DNA of 64,000 bases. It comes from an uncultured Thermoplasmatales archaeon (lineage in GTDB: Archaea; Thermoplasmatota; Penumbrarchaeia; Penumbrarchaeales; Penumbrarchaeaceae). A program made the translations under genes and the position numbers. The notes under the pieces are model-generated. The model made no database searches and had not been told where the DNA came from. It was given only the letters and a program-made list of their open reading frames with translations. This document shows positions 8,501 to 17,325 of this stretch, piece by piece. The number at the start of each line of letters is the position of its first letter. Position 1 is the stretch's first letter. The stretch spans positions 48,646 to 112,645 of the forward strand of contig CAZLVP010000003.1 in the NCBI GenBank assembly GCA_964563055.1. The letters run 5' to 3'.

Positions 8501-9722
8501 GGCGATGGACGGGAAGCACTCGAGCGAGGGTCTGGCCAAGCTCAGGATAAATATCACGGTGAAGGGGACCAACGATGCCCCTATCATTACCCTCCTCAAC
8601 GACAAACCGGTTCGTCCAGGGATACCGGTAACGGTCCAGTTCCAGCAGGGGTCATGGGCCGTCATAGCCCTATCCGCTTTCGATGCGGATGAGATATATG
8701 GTGATGAGTTCACCTTCTCCACCGACTTCAGGGATGTTGTAGGGAACGATATCGTGAAGGCCGAGGACCTCCAGTTCCAGACCTCGACCGGCGCATTCAA
8801 GGTCTTCCTTACGAACCCATTGGTAGGCGAACATATCTTCAATATCACCGTTACCGATAATAATGAAGCGAGCACAAGTGCGCTCGTCCACCTGATAGTC
8901 GAGAACATCAACGAAGCCCCGTCCAAGCCGACCTTCAAGCTTCCTGAGGGGGATACCGCGGAGACCGACGAGGACACTCCCCTCTCGTTCACTATCGAAG
9001 AAGCGGACGATCCTGACCTTCACATACCCAACTCCAAGGAGAGGATCTATTACGATTGGTCCTTCGGCGAGCTCGATACGAACCAGCAGGAGATATGGAT
9101 CAAGGACCAGGGAACGATCGTTGAGCATCAGTTCCTCAATTCCGGGCCCTATACTATCAAGGTAAGGGCTAGGGATTCGTTAGGCCTGACCGCTGTGGCC
9201 GAGAAAAAGATGACGATAACGGTGATTACAGAAGATATAAGAATTTCAGAAACAGAAACCGATAAACCATTCCTTCAGGAGTACGGGATGATCCTCATCC
9301 TCGTCCTGGTGGCCCTACTTGTCATCGCCCTTCTCGTGTTCATCTTCACTAGGAAGGAGCCACTCGCAGAGGTCGCCGATAAACAGGAGAAGGAGCATGA
9401 AGAGCTCGTCGCCAAGCAGCAGCAGGATGCCCTTGCGGCCCAGGAGAAGCTCCAGGTCCTTCTTGGAGGGGTCGCTATGGCCGGTGCCACAGGTCCCGCC
9501 CTGCCTTCCGCTCCGGACGGCTCTGGGCTCCAGGCCCTACCGGCCGCGACAATGCCTACTGAAGGGGCTGCTGCCCCCGCTATGGATGCTGTTCCCTTCC
9601 AGGCCCCACCGGCATCAGAACCACAACCGATGGCAGCACCGGAACCGGTCGTCGGCCAGGTCCCCGAGGCCCAACCACCAGTAGGGCCGGACCAGACCTA
9701 CCTGCCACCACCGACCCAGTGA
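5574..9722 (+). CDS. Giant surface protein with a signal peptide, right-handed parallel beta-helix (PbH1/NosD-like) repeats, cadherin/Ig-like domains, a C-terminal TM and a Pro/Ala/Gln-rich cytoplasmic tail.
   Basis: The N-terminus is MNRKVSLVALLVVILMGASFLPFLTG. Repeats such as NNMNGVYIYDQTNVVDLIGCSIFDNKGYGV are present. The domain boundaries TNDAPI and NINEAP look cadherin-like. The TM is MILILVLVALLVIALLVFIF. I set the start at the ATG at 5574; the track start at 5508 is GTG. Confidence 0.7.
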   Translation: MNRKVSLVALLVVILMGASFLPFLTGIGAETQGEGDPKPLADDYYGDYYVYSGDEDHIEDQDWNMYGSIYVYGTLYINRTTLHFGGYDEGYENGDLGIYVYSSGALYVDESNFTAKDQTTVVDKPGIIAWNRWWGTCWHFQIFGKANLTNSDFSYMWGDGGNSLGNFDGGIQCYSDDIYIYNCYIYNNMNAGVSTISDPSGSNTAGGFDFTMDNCVVSNTSGWGIAAGGSGAQPKVTNTTIIGSGYRGAQYFYGASGVIDQCKFLNTKREFGFTYDPIVGGTMTITNTTFSGNRDGYSARRTGTVNLIDCHLDNNRRWGLELAHDASSMQIVYMRGGSANGNGMHGVSANLTPTTATLMNVEIANNNMNGVYIYDQTNVVDLIGCSIFDNKGYGVEYKMTAGSIKSCDIARNLKGNVLLLNGTTTIVQDNEINGTTPFGVKVQNAQPSIVANWIRRNDIGLEIMSDGAPSSISGNTYDNNKVGVHVKADAIDLRMETFIRNAQSGIFLDDVSGFMINGGSFTNDNIGISISGGEVADVTDVVMSGASTAAISLNNNANLTIKDCQMSGNTRDFRLDIESQCRAYSVGSPTTKVQVLDSRSELWHFWNVAINAHDNQTLFPISNANLIVYGANGELLMSKKTGFDGGAYGDVLEYYIRGSQTTVYNPVNITVSKPGYIPYWGGPGILDQDVFLEVNLSVNKAPAFSEPWEYSPDETHYNRPTLKWNASTDWNQDIINYMVNVYQDELYSSNRVVIDAVTRAPQFTFTKNLRYNKEYFVEVKTYDPWGLNDTRVFSFRTINTKPTTPILAFEMSPVSTRDNIVVLVKVNATDVDVDPIDDISYLVEWEVFRSGSWVLLSSGIDAFMLHSNKTNEGDRIRVRVKAFDGIEYGQEVSMEVLVLNFAPKLLKGSVDLTINEDEIALNLVSLDEFFSDQDMDDLTYSVFFQRHVLAEIEPVSNNLTLTPLPDWVGTDYILVEAMDGKHSSEGLAKLRINITVKGTNDAPIITLLNDKPVRPGIPVTVQFQQGSWAVIALSAFDADEIYGDEFTFSTDFRDVVGNDIVKAEDLQFQTSTGAFKVFLTNPLVGEHIFNITVTDNNEASTSALVHLIVENINEAPSKPTFKLPEGDTAETDEDTPLSFTIEEADDPDLHIPNSKERIYYDWSFGELDTNQQEIWIKDQGTIVEHQFLNSGPYTIKVRARDSLGLTAVAEKKMTITVITEDIRISETETDKPFLQEYGMILILVLVALLVIALLVFIFTRKEPLAEVADKQEKEHEELVAKQQQDALAAQEKLQVLLGGVAMAGATGPALPSAPDGSGLQALPAATMPTEGAAAPAMDAVPFQAPPASEPQPMAAPEPVVGQVPEAQPPVGPDQTYLPPPTQ

Positions 9723-9783
9723 GACCGATCATGATCGACCAGGTCCTTGGTCATCCAGTCTCAATTCGAGACCTTAAGGATGC

Positions 9784-10575
9784 TCATTCAAGATGAATGC
9801 AATCCCCGGTTGGAACGATAGAGATCCCATCGTCGGTCCTAACTAGCAGAGCTCCCGTTCTGTCCACTCCTAACGCCGTTCCCTCTATGGTCCCCGTTCC
9901 GATATCTATCCTGACCCTTCGTTTCAAGGTTGAGGACCTTTCGGACCAATCGTTCAGAAGAGCCTCGGTCTGCTGTTCAAGGAACATAGAATAATGGAGG
10001 TCCATGAAGTACATGAGGTTCCTCAGTAGGTCGTTTATATTTATCTCATGTCCAGTCTCATCCAGCAGGGTGGTCGCAGAAGAGGACAGTTCCTTTGGAA
10101 GGTCCGAAGTCCTGGAATTGACGTTCATCCCGATCCCTGTAATAACGCTCTCCAATCTACCCTTGGAAGAAGTGGAATGGGACAAGATACCGCATACCTT
10201 CCTTCCGTTCACAAGGACATCGTTAGGCCATTTGACAAGAGCATCGACCATCGCTGTGCATCTTATGGCCTTGGCAGCGGATAGTCCGAAAACAAGAGGG
10301 AGAGGAGAGATCAGAGATGGAGGTATCCTGGGCCTCAGGACCACAGATAGATAGAGACCTCCAATAGGAGAGGAGAACGACCGCCCCCTCCTGCCTATCC
10401 CTTCGGTCTGGGTCTGTGCAATTACAACAGTACCTTCCTTGCATCCTTTAGAGGCCAGTTCAATGGCCAGACCATTTGTGGAGGGTAGTGTGTCGAAGAC
10501 CTCCAGACACCTCCCTATGGTCCTCGTCGTGAGGCCATTGAGAAGGTCCTGACCTTTTCTTTGAACGACCGTCAT
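9784..10575 (-). CDS. birA: Biotin--[acetyl-CoA-carboxylase] ligase (biotin protein ligase).
   Basis: The motifs GTVVIAQTQTEGIGRRGRSFSSPIGGLYLSVVLRP and KWPNDVLVNGRKVCGIL match the BPL catalytic core. Confidence 0.75.
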   Translation of the reverse strand: MTVVQRKGQDLLNGLTTRTIGRCLEVFDTLPSTNGLAIELASKGCKEGTVVIAQTQTEGIGRRGRSFSSPIGGLYLSVVLRPRIPPSLISPLPLVFGLSAAKAIRCTAMVDALVKWPNDVLVNGRKVCGILSHSTSSKGRLESVITGIGMNVNSRTSDLPKELSSSATTLLDETGHEININDLLRNLMYFMDLHYSMFLEQQTEALLNDWSERSSTLKRRVRIDIGTGTIEGTALGVDRTGALLVRTDDGISIVPTGDCIHLE

Positions 10576-10600
10576 AGGGACCTCAGCCCCTCGCTCCAGA

Positions 10601-11440
10601 TCAATCGATGAGGGCCCTTAATAGGTCCATATCATAGAGCATGTTGATAATGTTGTCATCCTTGTCCACGATAGGCACCTGGTCGAAATCGTTGGCCCTC
10701 ATGACCCTTGCCCCCTCGTGGGCAGGGGTCCTTCTATAAAGGGTCGATAGTTCCTTGGTCATGAACTTGGAAATGGGTTCCGAGGGAAGCTGGACCTTTG
10801 CCTCCTGATAGTAGAGGTTCATAACGTTCCTCAGGCCCTCCCAGGTCCAGGCGTCCTCATCCTCGGATATGCCTAATGTCGTGAGGCTTATTCCCTCTCC
10901 GAGGTACTTCAGGTCGAACAGGTCCCTGTCGGTGATCAGGCCGCAAAGCTTGCCCTCCTTGTCAAGCACTGGCATTGCATAGACCTTTGAAAGGTTCATC
11001 ATCTGCGCTGCGACATTGGCCGGGGTCCCTGAGTAGATATAGGTGGGTTGGGAACGCAGGTATTCCTCAACAGGTTTCTCGACCTTGTTCTTCTCTATGA
11101 CCTTCAAAAGGTCGGTAGGGGTGAGCAGGCCGACAAGCTTTCCCTTCTTAACGACCGGTATCCTCCTCTGGTTCTCCTCGAACATGATCTTAGCTGCCTT
11201 TTCGACAGGGGTCGAAGCAGATACGGTAGGGGTGTCCCAGTTCATGATGACGGCGACCTGCTGCTCTCCTGGGTTCTGGAAGATATCCTTCCTTGTTATC
11301 GTCCCAAGGACCTTTCCATCACCATCAATTACCGGCATTCCGGTCCTCTTGTTCTTAATAAGAACGGAAAGCACATCCTCCCTGGTGGAAGGTAGTTCGA
11401 CAAATATCGGTTTTCTGACCATTATCTCTGATACGTTCAT
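10601..11440 (-). CDS. Protein with four CBS domains.
   Basis: Four CBS-like modules are present: the VSEIMVRKPI repeat and its equivalents, with the G-h-h-T/S-xxD-h-h pattern. Confidence 0.8.
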   Translation of the reverse strand: MNVSEIMVRKPIFVELPSTREDVLSVLIKNKRTGMPVIDGDGKVLGTITRKDIFQNPGEQQVAVIMNWDTPTVSASTPVEKAAKIMFEENQRRIPVVKKGKLVGLLTPTDLLKVIEKNKVEKPVEEYLRSQPTYIYSGTPANVAAQMMNLSKVYAMPVLDKEGKLCGLITDRDLFDLKYLGEGISLTTLGISEDEDAWTWEGLRNVMNLYYQEAKVQLPSEPISKFMTKELSTLYRRTPAHEGARVMRANDFDQVPIVDKDDNIINMLYDMDLLRALID

Positions 11441-11519
11441 TTGTATTCCACCGGGGGATGTGGGGGAAATATAGCCATTATATTAAAGGCTTTTGAGGGG
11501 ATATCACGGTGATAGACCA

Positions 11520-12608
11520 TCACCACAGGACCAGGTCCTGGCTGGAGAACCGGACCATCCAGGACCAGGGGTCGGACCTGCACCCCTTCCTAGGTCTCTT
11601 TAACACCGTTAGGGAAGCACGCGTCCCCCTCGATAGCCATTCACTGCTGCCCCATTCCCCGAAACCTTCGACCATGCTTTTGAACCGTGTCCCGATGAGG
11701 GTCCTCCCTGTGGCCATATCAAGGACCATTTTGGAGGCATCGGTCCCGGAGATCCCAGCTCTATGGAGGAGCGACCAGGCACACTCCATCTCCCTGAACA
11801 TATCCTGTCTCACGGTCATTGCATTGTCGGTGCCCAATACAAGTGCCAATCCCTCGTCGAGCATGCCTTTTAGGTCCATATGGAGGCCGAATGCTAGGGA
11901 TGCCCTGGGACAGACGACGACCGGGAGGTTGGCATCCGAGAGGGCCCTCCAATCGTTCCTGGTCCCGGATACCATATGGACGACCAGTTCAGGGTCCAGG
12001 TCAAGTATGGCCTCCACATCCTCTCTGTAGAGCTCGGAGGCATGGAGGGAGAACGGTATCCCTCGATCTTTTGCAGCATGCCTTAGGTCTTCACTGCAGC
12101 TCTCGAGAGAAGGCATGCCCAGGCCCTGGGCCAGATCAATGAGCGATCCGATCTCCTCATCTGGAGCTGGCCTACCGAATCCCAGGACCCTTGTCGAGGA
12201 GCCCCTGGAGGCCGCAAGTAGGGCGTTCATTCCCCTTGCTCCACCCTCTCTGAAATCGATGACCGTATCCACACCGGGGGAGACCTCCTCAATAGCCCCT
12301 CTGATGGACCATATGAGCGAACCTTCGTCAAGGCGGTCTAGGAACCTGTGCTTGGAACCTCCCGGGAAGAAGGCATCCTTCAGAGATACTGGCAGGTCAC
12401 CTCTGGCATCATGGTCACCAAGATGGGAGTGCATGTCGATGAGGCCAGGGGCAATGAGCCCCTCGACCAGGGTAAATCCCTCCATTGGGTCCTCAAGCTC
12501 CTCCAGGGACACATTGGCTATTGCCCCGTCCATGATTGTGATGGAGCCTTCCACGGTCCCTTCGGGAAAGAGGATATCGCCCCTTATCAGATATCTCCCA
12601 TGCTTCAT
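11520..12608 (-). CDS. Amidohydrolase-superfamily metal-dependent hydrolase (deaminase/chlorohydrolase-like).
   Basis: LIDMHSHLGD (HxH), HASE, HMVS and GTDN metal-ligand motifs are present. The last 60 or so residues are low-complexity, so the 3' end could be shifted. Confidence 0.65.
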   Translation of the reverse strand: MKHGRYLIRGDILFPEGTVEGSITIMDGAIANVSLEELEDPMEGFTLVEGLIAPGLIDMHSHLGDHDARGDLPVSLKDAFFPGGSKHRFLDRLDEGSLIWSIRGAIEEVSPGVDTVIDFREGGARGMNALLAASRGSSTRVLGFGRPAPDEEIGSLIDLAQGLGMPSLESCSEDLRHAAKDRGIPFSLHASELYREDVEAILDLDPELVVHMVSGTRNDWRALSDANLPVVVCPRASLAFGLHMDLKGMLDEGLALVLGTDNAMTVRQDMFREMECAWSLLHRAGISGTDASKMVLDMATGRTLIGTRFKSMVEGFGEWGSSEWLSRGTRASLTVLKRPRKGCRSDPWSWMVRFSSQDLVLW

Positions 12609-12699
12609 CGGATGTGGATAGCACTACCCCTATTTATCGCCAGACCCCCATACTCCTATCAATAGGATTATGTGGGGCTTTCGCCCATCCCTTGGGACG

Positions 12700-13614
12700 A
12701 TGAGGGTCCTGCATGTCAACAATCAGGCATCCGTAGGTCATCTCCTGTCCAGGGCCCAGAGGAAGCTCGGGCACAGGTCCGACCTGCTTTCGGTCCCCAA
12801 CCCCAAGCAGAGGCCTCCGGACATAGGGGCTGAGAGCGTACCTTGGTTGTTCGCCGAGCTCCTGGCCAGGGCGCCATACTATGATATCGTCCATGTTCAT
12901 GGCGGTATAGGCATCTCGGGCCTGGGACTTTGGCCTTATAGGTTGGCAGGCAAGCGTTTCTTCTGCCACTACCACGGGTCGGAGCTCAGGGAGGGCAAAC
13001 AGACGCTCTTCCATTCCCTGGCGGAAAGGCTATTCATATCCACGCCTGACCTGAAGCGTTTCTCAGGCAATGTCAGAGGGAGGCAGCTGGTCCATATCCC
13101 CAATCCCGTTCTCGTTGAGGGAGTGACCCCGGTAGATTGGAAAGGGCGTTCGGGCGAGCTAGAAGGGGATGGGCCTCTGAGGATAGCCCATCTGCCCTCG
13201 GTCCGCAGGGTCAAGGGAACAGAGAACGTTATTAAGGGTGTGAAAGAAGCCTGCTCTGAGGGAGCCTTGCTCGAGCTTGATGTGATAGAGGACGTCCAAC
13301 TGGACGAGGCGATGGAGAGGCTCAACAAAGCCCACATCTGCATCGATTGGATGTCTGATGACTATGATATCCACGGAGTGGTATCCGTAGAGGCCATGAT
13401 ACGGGCCCTCCCGGTGATATGTAACATAGAGAGGTCCCTCTACCCTACGGACATACCGATAGTACCCTCCAAACCATCCTCTCTGGCGAAGGTCCTCATC
13501 GAGCTATGGGACAAGAGGGCTGACCTACCTAAGATAGGGGAGCTGTCCAGGCGCTATGCCTTGGACCACCATGACCCTGATAAGGTAGCCCTGCTGATGG
13601 AGAAGTATATCTAG
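12700..13614 (+). CDS. Glycosyltransferase (GT4-like).
   Basis: It has a Rossmann-like N-domain starting MRVLHVNNQ..., VHVHGG, and a C-terminal retaining-GT fold pattern. I set the start at the ATG at 12700. Confidence 0.55.
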   Translation: MRVLHVNNQASVGHLLSRAQRKLGHRSDLLSVPNPKQRPPDIGAESVPWLFAELLARAPYYDIVHVHGGIGISGLGLWPYRLAGKRFFCHYHGSELREGKQTLFHSLAERLFISTPDLKRFSGNVRGRQLVHIPNPVLVEGVTPVDWKGRSGELEGDGPLRIAHLPSVRRVKGTENVIKGVKEACSEGALLELDVIEDVQLDEAMERLNKAHICIDWMSDDYDIHGVVSVEAMIRALPVICNIERSLYPTDIPIVPSKPSSLAKVLIELWDKRADLPKIGELSRRYALDHHDPDKVALLMEKYI

Positions 13615-13656
13615 GCCCATTTCGATTTGGGTCCAGGACAAGGTCAGGTGGCACCC

Positions 13657-14352
13657 ATGATATCGAAGAATGCCAGGATCAATAAGAACGTTGAGCTCGG
13701 GAAGGGAGGGACTGTGGAAGACAATGTCATCCTGGGCGCCCCTGTCAGAGGGGATGACCCCTACCCAGTCACAATTATTGGCGAAGGGGCCATGATCAGG
13801 TCCCATACTGTCATCTATTCCGGCAACAGGATAGGTCGGAACTTCCAAACGGGCAACAAGGCGAACATCAGGGAGACGAACGAGATAGGGGACGATGTTT
13901 CGATAGGGACCCTATCGGTAGTGGAGCATCATGTTACAATTGGCAACGGTGTGAGGGTCCATTCACAGGTGTTCGTTCCGGAGTTCAGCGTCCTTGAGGA
14001 CGGATGCTGGCTTGGGCCAGGCGTAGTCCTGACCAATGCAAGGTTCCCGAACACCCCCTACACCAAAGAGGAGCTAAGGGGACCCAGGATCTGCCAAGGG
14101 GCCAGGATAGGCGCGAACTCGACGGTCCTTCCGGGGATCAAGGTCGGGCCGTTCTCATTGGTAGGGGCAGGATCGGTGGTGACAAGGGACGTTTTAGAAA
14201 GGGAGGTCGTGGCAGGGAACCCCGCAAGGAGGCTTGGATGGTCCTGCACCTGCGGTGTGCCCCTCGATGGTGATGGGAAGGCACTTCTCTGCAGGAAGTG
14301 CGGAGCTAGGTTCGATGAGGGAGAGCCCCCCAAAAGGCTAGAGATGGGGTGA
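13657..14352 (+). CDS. Left-handed beta-helix (hexapeptide-repeat) sugar N-acetyltransferase with a C-terminal zinc ribbon.
   Basis: Hexapeptide repeats are present (IGEGAMIRSHTVIYSGNRIGRN..., IGANSTVLPGIKVGPFSLVGAGSVV). The C-terminus reads CTCGVPLDGDGKALLCRKCGARF. Confidence 0.75.
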   Translation: MISKNARINKNVELGKGGTVEDNVILGAPVRGDDPYPVTIIGEGAMIRSHTVIYSGNRIGRNFQTGNKANIRETNEIGDDVSIGTLSVVEHHVTIGNGVRVHSQVFVPEFSVLEDGCWLGPGVVLTNARFPNTPYTKEELRGPRICQGARIGANSTVLPGIKVGPFSLVGAGSVVTRDVLEREVVAGNPARRLGWSCTCGVPLDGDGKALLCRKCGARFDEGEPPKRLEMG

Positions 14353-14358
14353 GCTCCG

Positions 14359-14937
14359 ATGTGTCCTTTCGGTCCGGTCGAAAGGGCATTGAAGGAGAGC
14401 TCCCTGGTCATTTTCGACCTGGATGGGACCCTATTTGACCTTGAGGTGGATTGGAAGGGGCTATTGAACGAGATGGCCATGATAGCTTACGAGAGCAGGC
14501 ATGTTGGCCCCTTCAGGGACCTGGTCGAGGCATACGAATGGTGCAGGGGCAGGGAGAGGGCCAAAGAAAGGATGTTGCTGGTCCAGAGGGAGTACGAGGG
14601 AAAGGACCTCAAGAAGGCCAATCGGCTCTTCCCCGGCACCCTCGCAGCAAGATGGAGGCTTTCCAGGGACCGGATGTGCTCCATCTTCAGCCTGAACACC
14701 TCCTATACGGTCGAAGGTCTTGTCTCGTCCTGGGGCTTCTATCCCGTTGTGACCGTTGACAGGACAGAAAGGTCGAAACCGGACCCAGAGGGTCTGTTAA
14801 GGGCCATGAAGGTAAGGGGTGTAGGTCCGGACAGGACTGTTTTTGTCGGCAATTCCGAGAGGGACAGGGAGGCCGCCCTTCGGGCAGGGGTCATGTTCAT
14901 AGATGTGAAGGACATAAGGGAGGAATGGTTCACATGA
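14359..14937 (+). CDS. HAD-superfamily hydrolase (phosphatase).
   Basis: The DxD motif IFDLDGTLFD is present, with later FVGNSERD. Confidence 0.65.
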   Translation: MCPFGPVERALKESSLVIFDLDGTLFDLEVDWKGLLNEMAMIAYESRHVGPFRDLVEAYEWCRGRERAKERMLLVQREYEGKDLKKANRLFPGTLAARWRLSRDRMCSIFSLNTSYTVEGLVSSWGFYPVVTVDRTERSKPDPEGLLRAMKVRGVGPDRTVFVGNSERDREAALRAGVMFIDVKDIREEWFT

Positions 14938-16040
14938 CGGTCCAATTGAACAGGATGTTCGTTGACGATGAGATCAGGCAGGCGGCCCTGGAGACGATAG
15001 AGAGCGGTCATTATGTCAAGGGGCCCAGGGCATCGGAGTTCGAGAGCGAGTTCGCTCGGACCATAGGCGATGTCCGTGCGGTGAGCTGCTCGTCCGGGTC
15101 CACGGCACTGATGCTCGCCTTCAAGGCGCTGGAGATAGGAAGGGGGGACGAGGTCATCGTTCCGTCCCACACCTTCGTGGCGACCATAAACGGTTTCTGG
15201 CACTACGGTGCGAGGCCCAAGTTCGTGGACATAGACCCCGAGACCTACACCATGGACCCGGAGAAGGTCAGGAAGGCCGTAACGAAGAGGACGGCTGCCA
15301 TCGTTCCTGTCCATATCTACGGACATCCTGCAGAGATGGCCCCCATCCTCGAGCTCGGGGAGGAACTGGACATCCCGGTGATAGGGGACGCTGCCCAGTC
15401 CCACGGGGCGAAGTACAGGGGGGTGGACATCGGGAAGCTGGGGGACATGACATGCTATTCCTTCTTCCCCTCAAAGATCATAACCGTCGCCGGGGAGGGG
15501 GGGATGATAACCTGCGGTGACGAGGAGCTTTGCGAGCTCCTCCAGGCCCTCAAGGACCACGGCAGGTACCCGTCGGACCCAGAAAGCAAGTACAGATCGA
15601 CCATAGCCGGTTTCAATATGAGGCTCCCGGAGCTTCTGGCCGCAATAGGGAAGGTCCAATTGAAGCACATGGAGGGATGGATAGAGAGGAGGAGGGAGCT
15701 TGCGGCTATCTACAATAATGAGCTGGAAGGCGTCGGGGACCTTGTACTGCCCGTGGAGAAGGAGTGGGCCCGGCATGTCTATTATCTCTATGTCGTGAGG
15801 ACGGCAGCGTCCGGTAGGAAGGCATTGATGGAGCATCTTAAAAAGGACGGCATCTCGACGGGCATCCATTATCCCATTCCCGTCCACAGGATGCCATATA
15901 TCAAGAAGGCCCCGAGATTGCCAGTTACGGAGAGGATAGTTGACGAGATAGTGTCCCTTCCCATGCATCCTCTGATGACGGAAGAGGAGCATGGAGCGGT
16001 GATATCCTCCGTCAAAGCGTTCTTCAAGCAGAAGAGGTGA
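14925..16040 (+). CDS. DegT/DnrJ/EryC1/StrS-family PLP-dependent sugar aminotransferase.
   Basis: The pattern VKGPRASEFESEFA...AVSCSSGSTALMLA...HIYGHPAEM...DAAQSHGAKY is typical of the family. Confidence 0.85.
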   Translation: MVHMTVQLNRMFVDDEIRQAALETIESGHYVKGPRASEFESEFARTIGDVRAVSCSSGSTALMLAFKALEIGRGDEVIVPSHTFVATINGFWHYGARPKFVDIDPETYTMDPEKVRKAVTKRTAAIVPVHIYGHPAEMAPILELGEELDIPVIGDAAQSHGAKYRGVDIGKLGDMTCYSFFPSKIITVAGEGGMITCGDEELCELLQALKDHGRYPSDPESKYRSTIAGFNMRLPELLAAIGKVQLKHMEGWIERRRELAAIYNNELEGVGDLVLPVEKEWARHVYYLYVVRTAASGRKALMEHLKKDGISTGIHYPIPVHRMPYIKKAPRLPVTERIVDEIVSLPMHPLMTEEEHGAVISSVKAFFKQKR

Positions 16041-16044
16041 ACGA

Positions 16045-17232
16045 TTGAGGATAGCGCATGTGGTATCCTACTTCCAGCCGGAGTTCGGCTATGAGGAGTA
16101 CTACAGCGCAAGGGAGCAGGCGGCTATGGGACATGAGGTCCATGTGATAACATCCGACAGGATATTCCCTTTCAAGGACGCATCCCGGATGCTCGCCGAT
16201 ATAGGGTCCTCGTACAAGGACAGGAAGAGGCCCCTGGGAGCTCAGGAGATGGAGGGGTTCACCGTCCACAGGGGCAAGACCCGCTACGAGGTCCTCTTCG
16301 ACCTCATATCCTACGAGGGCGTCGTTCGGACCTTGAGGGATATCAAGCCTGATGTGGTCCACGCCCACGGGCTATGGCAATGGGGCACAAGGAAAGCGGC
16401 CTCGGTCAAGGAAGAGCTCGGGTTCGCCCTGGTAGTGGACGAGCATTCATATTCAACGACCTATGATCAGACAAAAACAATCAGGAACTGGCTCCTTGAC
16501 AAGGAGTACAGACTGCTCAGGGCCCCCCATGCCCGAAGGTCCTTGAAGAAGGCGGACGGGTTGGTCGCCATTTGCCAGGAGACAGTGGGGTTCCTCAAGG
16601 GCTTCTACGGGGTCAAGGACTGCGAGCTCATAGAGCTGGGGATAGACCACAGGAAGTTCAGAAGGGATGAGGGATCAAGGGAGAGGGTCCGGAAGGAACT
16701 GGGTGTAGGGGGGGGGCCTCTCCTGATAACAGCTGGCCGTGTCGAAAGGGAGAAGAAGCTCGAGCATTTCATAGAGGCTGTGAAGCTCACGGGGATGAAG
16801 GACATAAAGCTCCTGGTAGTGGGAAGGGGGGATAAGGCATATATCGAGAGATTGAAGGCCATATCCGATGGTCGCATCATCTTCATGGGGTTCAAGGACC
16901 AGGAGGCACTCTCTGCACTTTACAGCGCCTCCGATATAGGGCTTTGGGGAAAGGCTTCGATAACTATCAGAGAGGCGATGGGCTGCGCCCTACCGCTCCT
17001 GCTCTATGATGTTCCCAACATGAAGGACCTCATAAAATGGGACAACGGCATGTTCGTCAAGCCATCCTCTGAAGCTGTAAAGGATGCCATATCAAGGATG
17101 CTTTCTGACAGGGATGCCCTGAGGAAGATGGGAGGGAACAGCAGGAAGGGAGTGATGGAGGAGCTGTCGGTGGCCGTGGAGGCCACAAAGCTCCTGGACC
17201 TATACAGAACATGCTTAAAGGCAGCAAAATGA
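16045..17232 (+). CDS. GT4-family glycosyltransferase.
   Basis: The N-terminus is MRIAHVVSYFQPEFGYEEYY. The C-domain is EHFIEAVK...GFKDQEALSALYSASDIGLW. Confidence 0.8.
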   Translation: MRIAHVVSYFQPEFGYEEYYSAREQAAMGHEVHVITSDRIFPFKDASRMLADIGSSYKDRKRPLGAQEMEGFTVHRGKTRYEVLFDLISYEGVVRTLRDIKPDVVHAHGLWQWGTRKAASVKEELGFALVVDEHSYSTTYDQTKTIRNWLLDKEYRLLRAPHARRSLKKADGLVAICQETVGFLKGFYGVKDCELIELGIDHRKFRRDEGSRERVRKELGVGGGPLLITAGRVEREKKLEHFIEAVKLTGMKDIKLLVVGRGDKAYIERLKAISDGRIIFMGFKDQEALSALYSASDIGLWGKASITIREAMGCALPLLLYDVPNMKDLIKWDNGMFVKPSSEAVKDAISRMLSDRDALRKMGGNSRKGVMEELSVAVEATKLLDLYRTCLKAAK

Positions 17233-17325
17233 GGCGGAAAAAGGTCATTTCCAACTCTATGCTTTAATAGTTAAAAAAACGATTCCCGTCCCATCATATG
17301 GTTGAAAAAAGGCAGGTGTCCTGAG

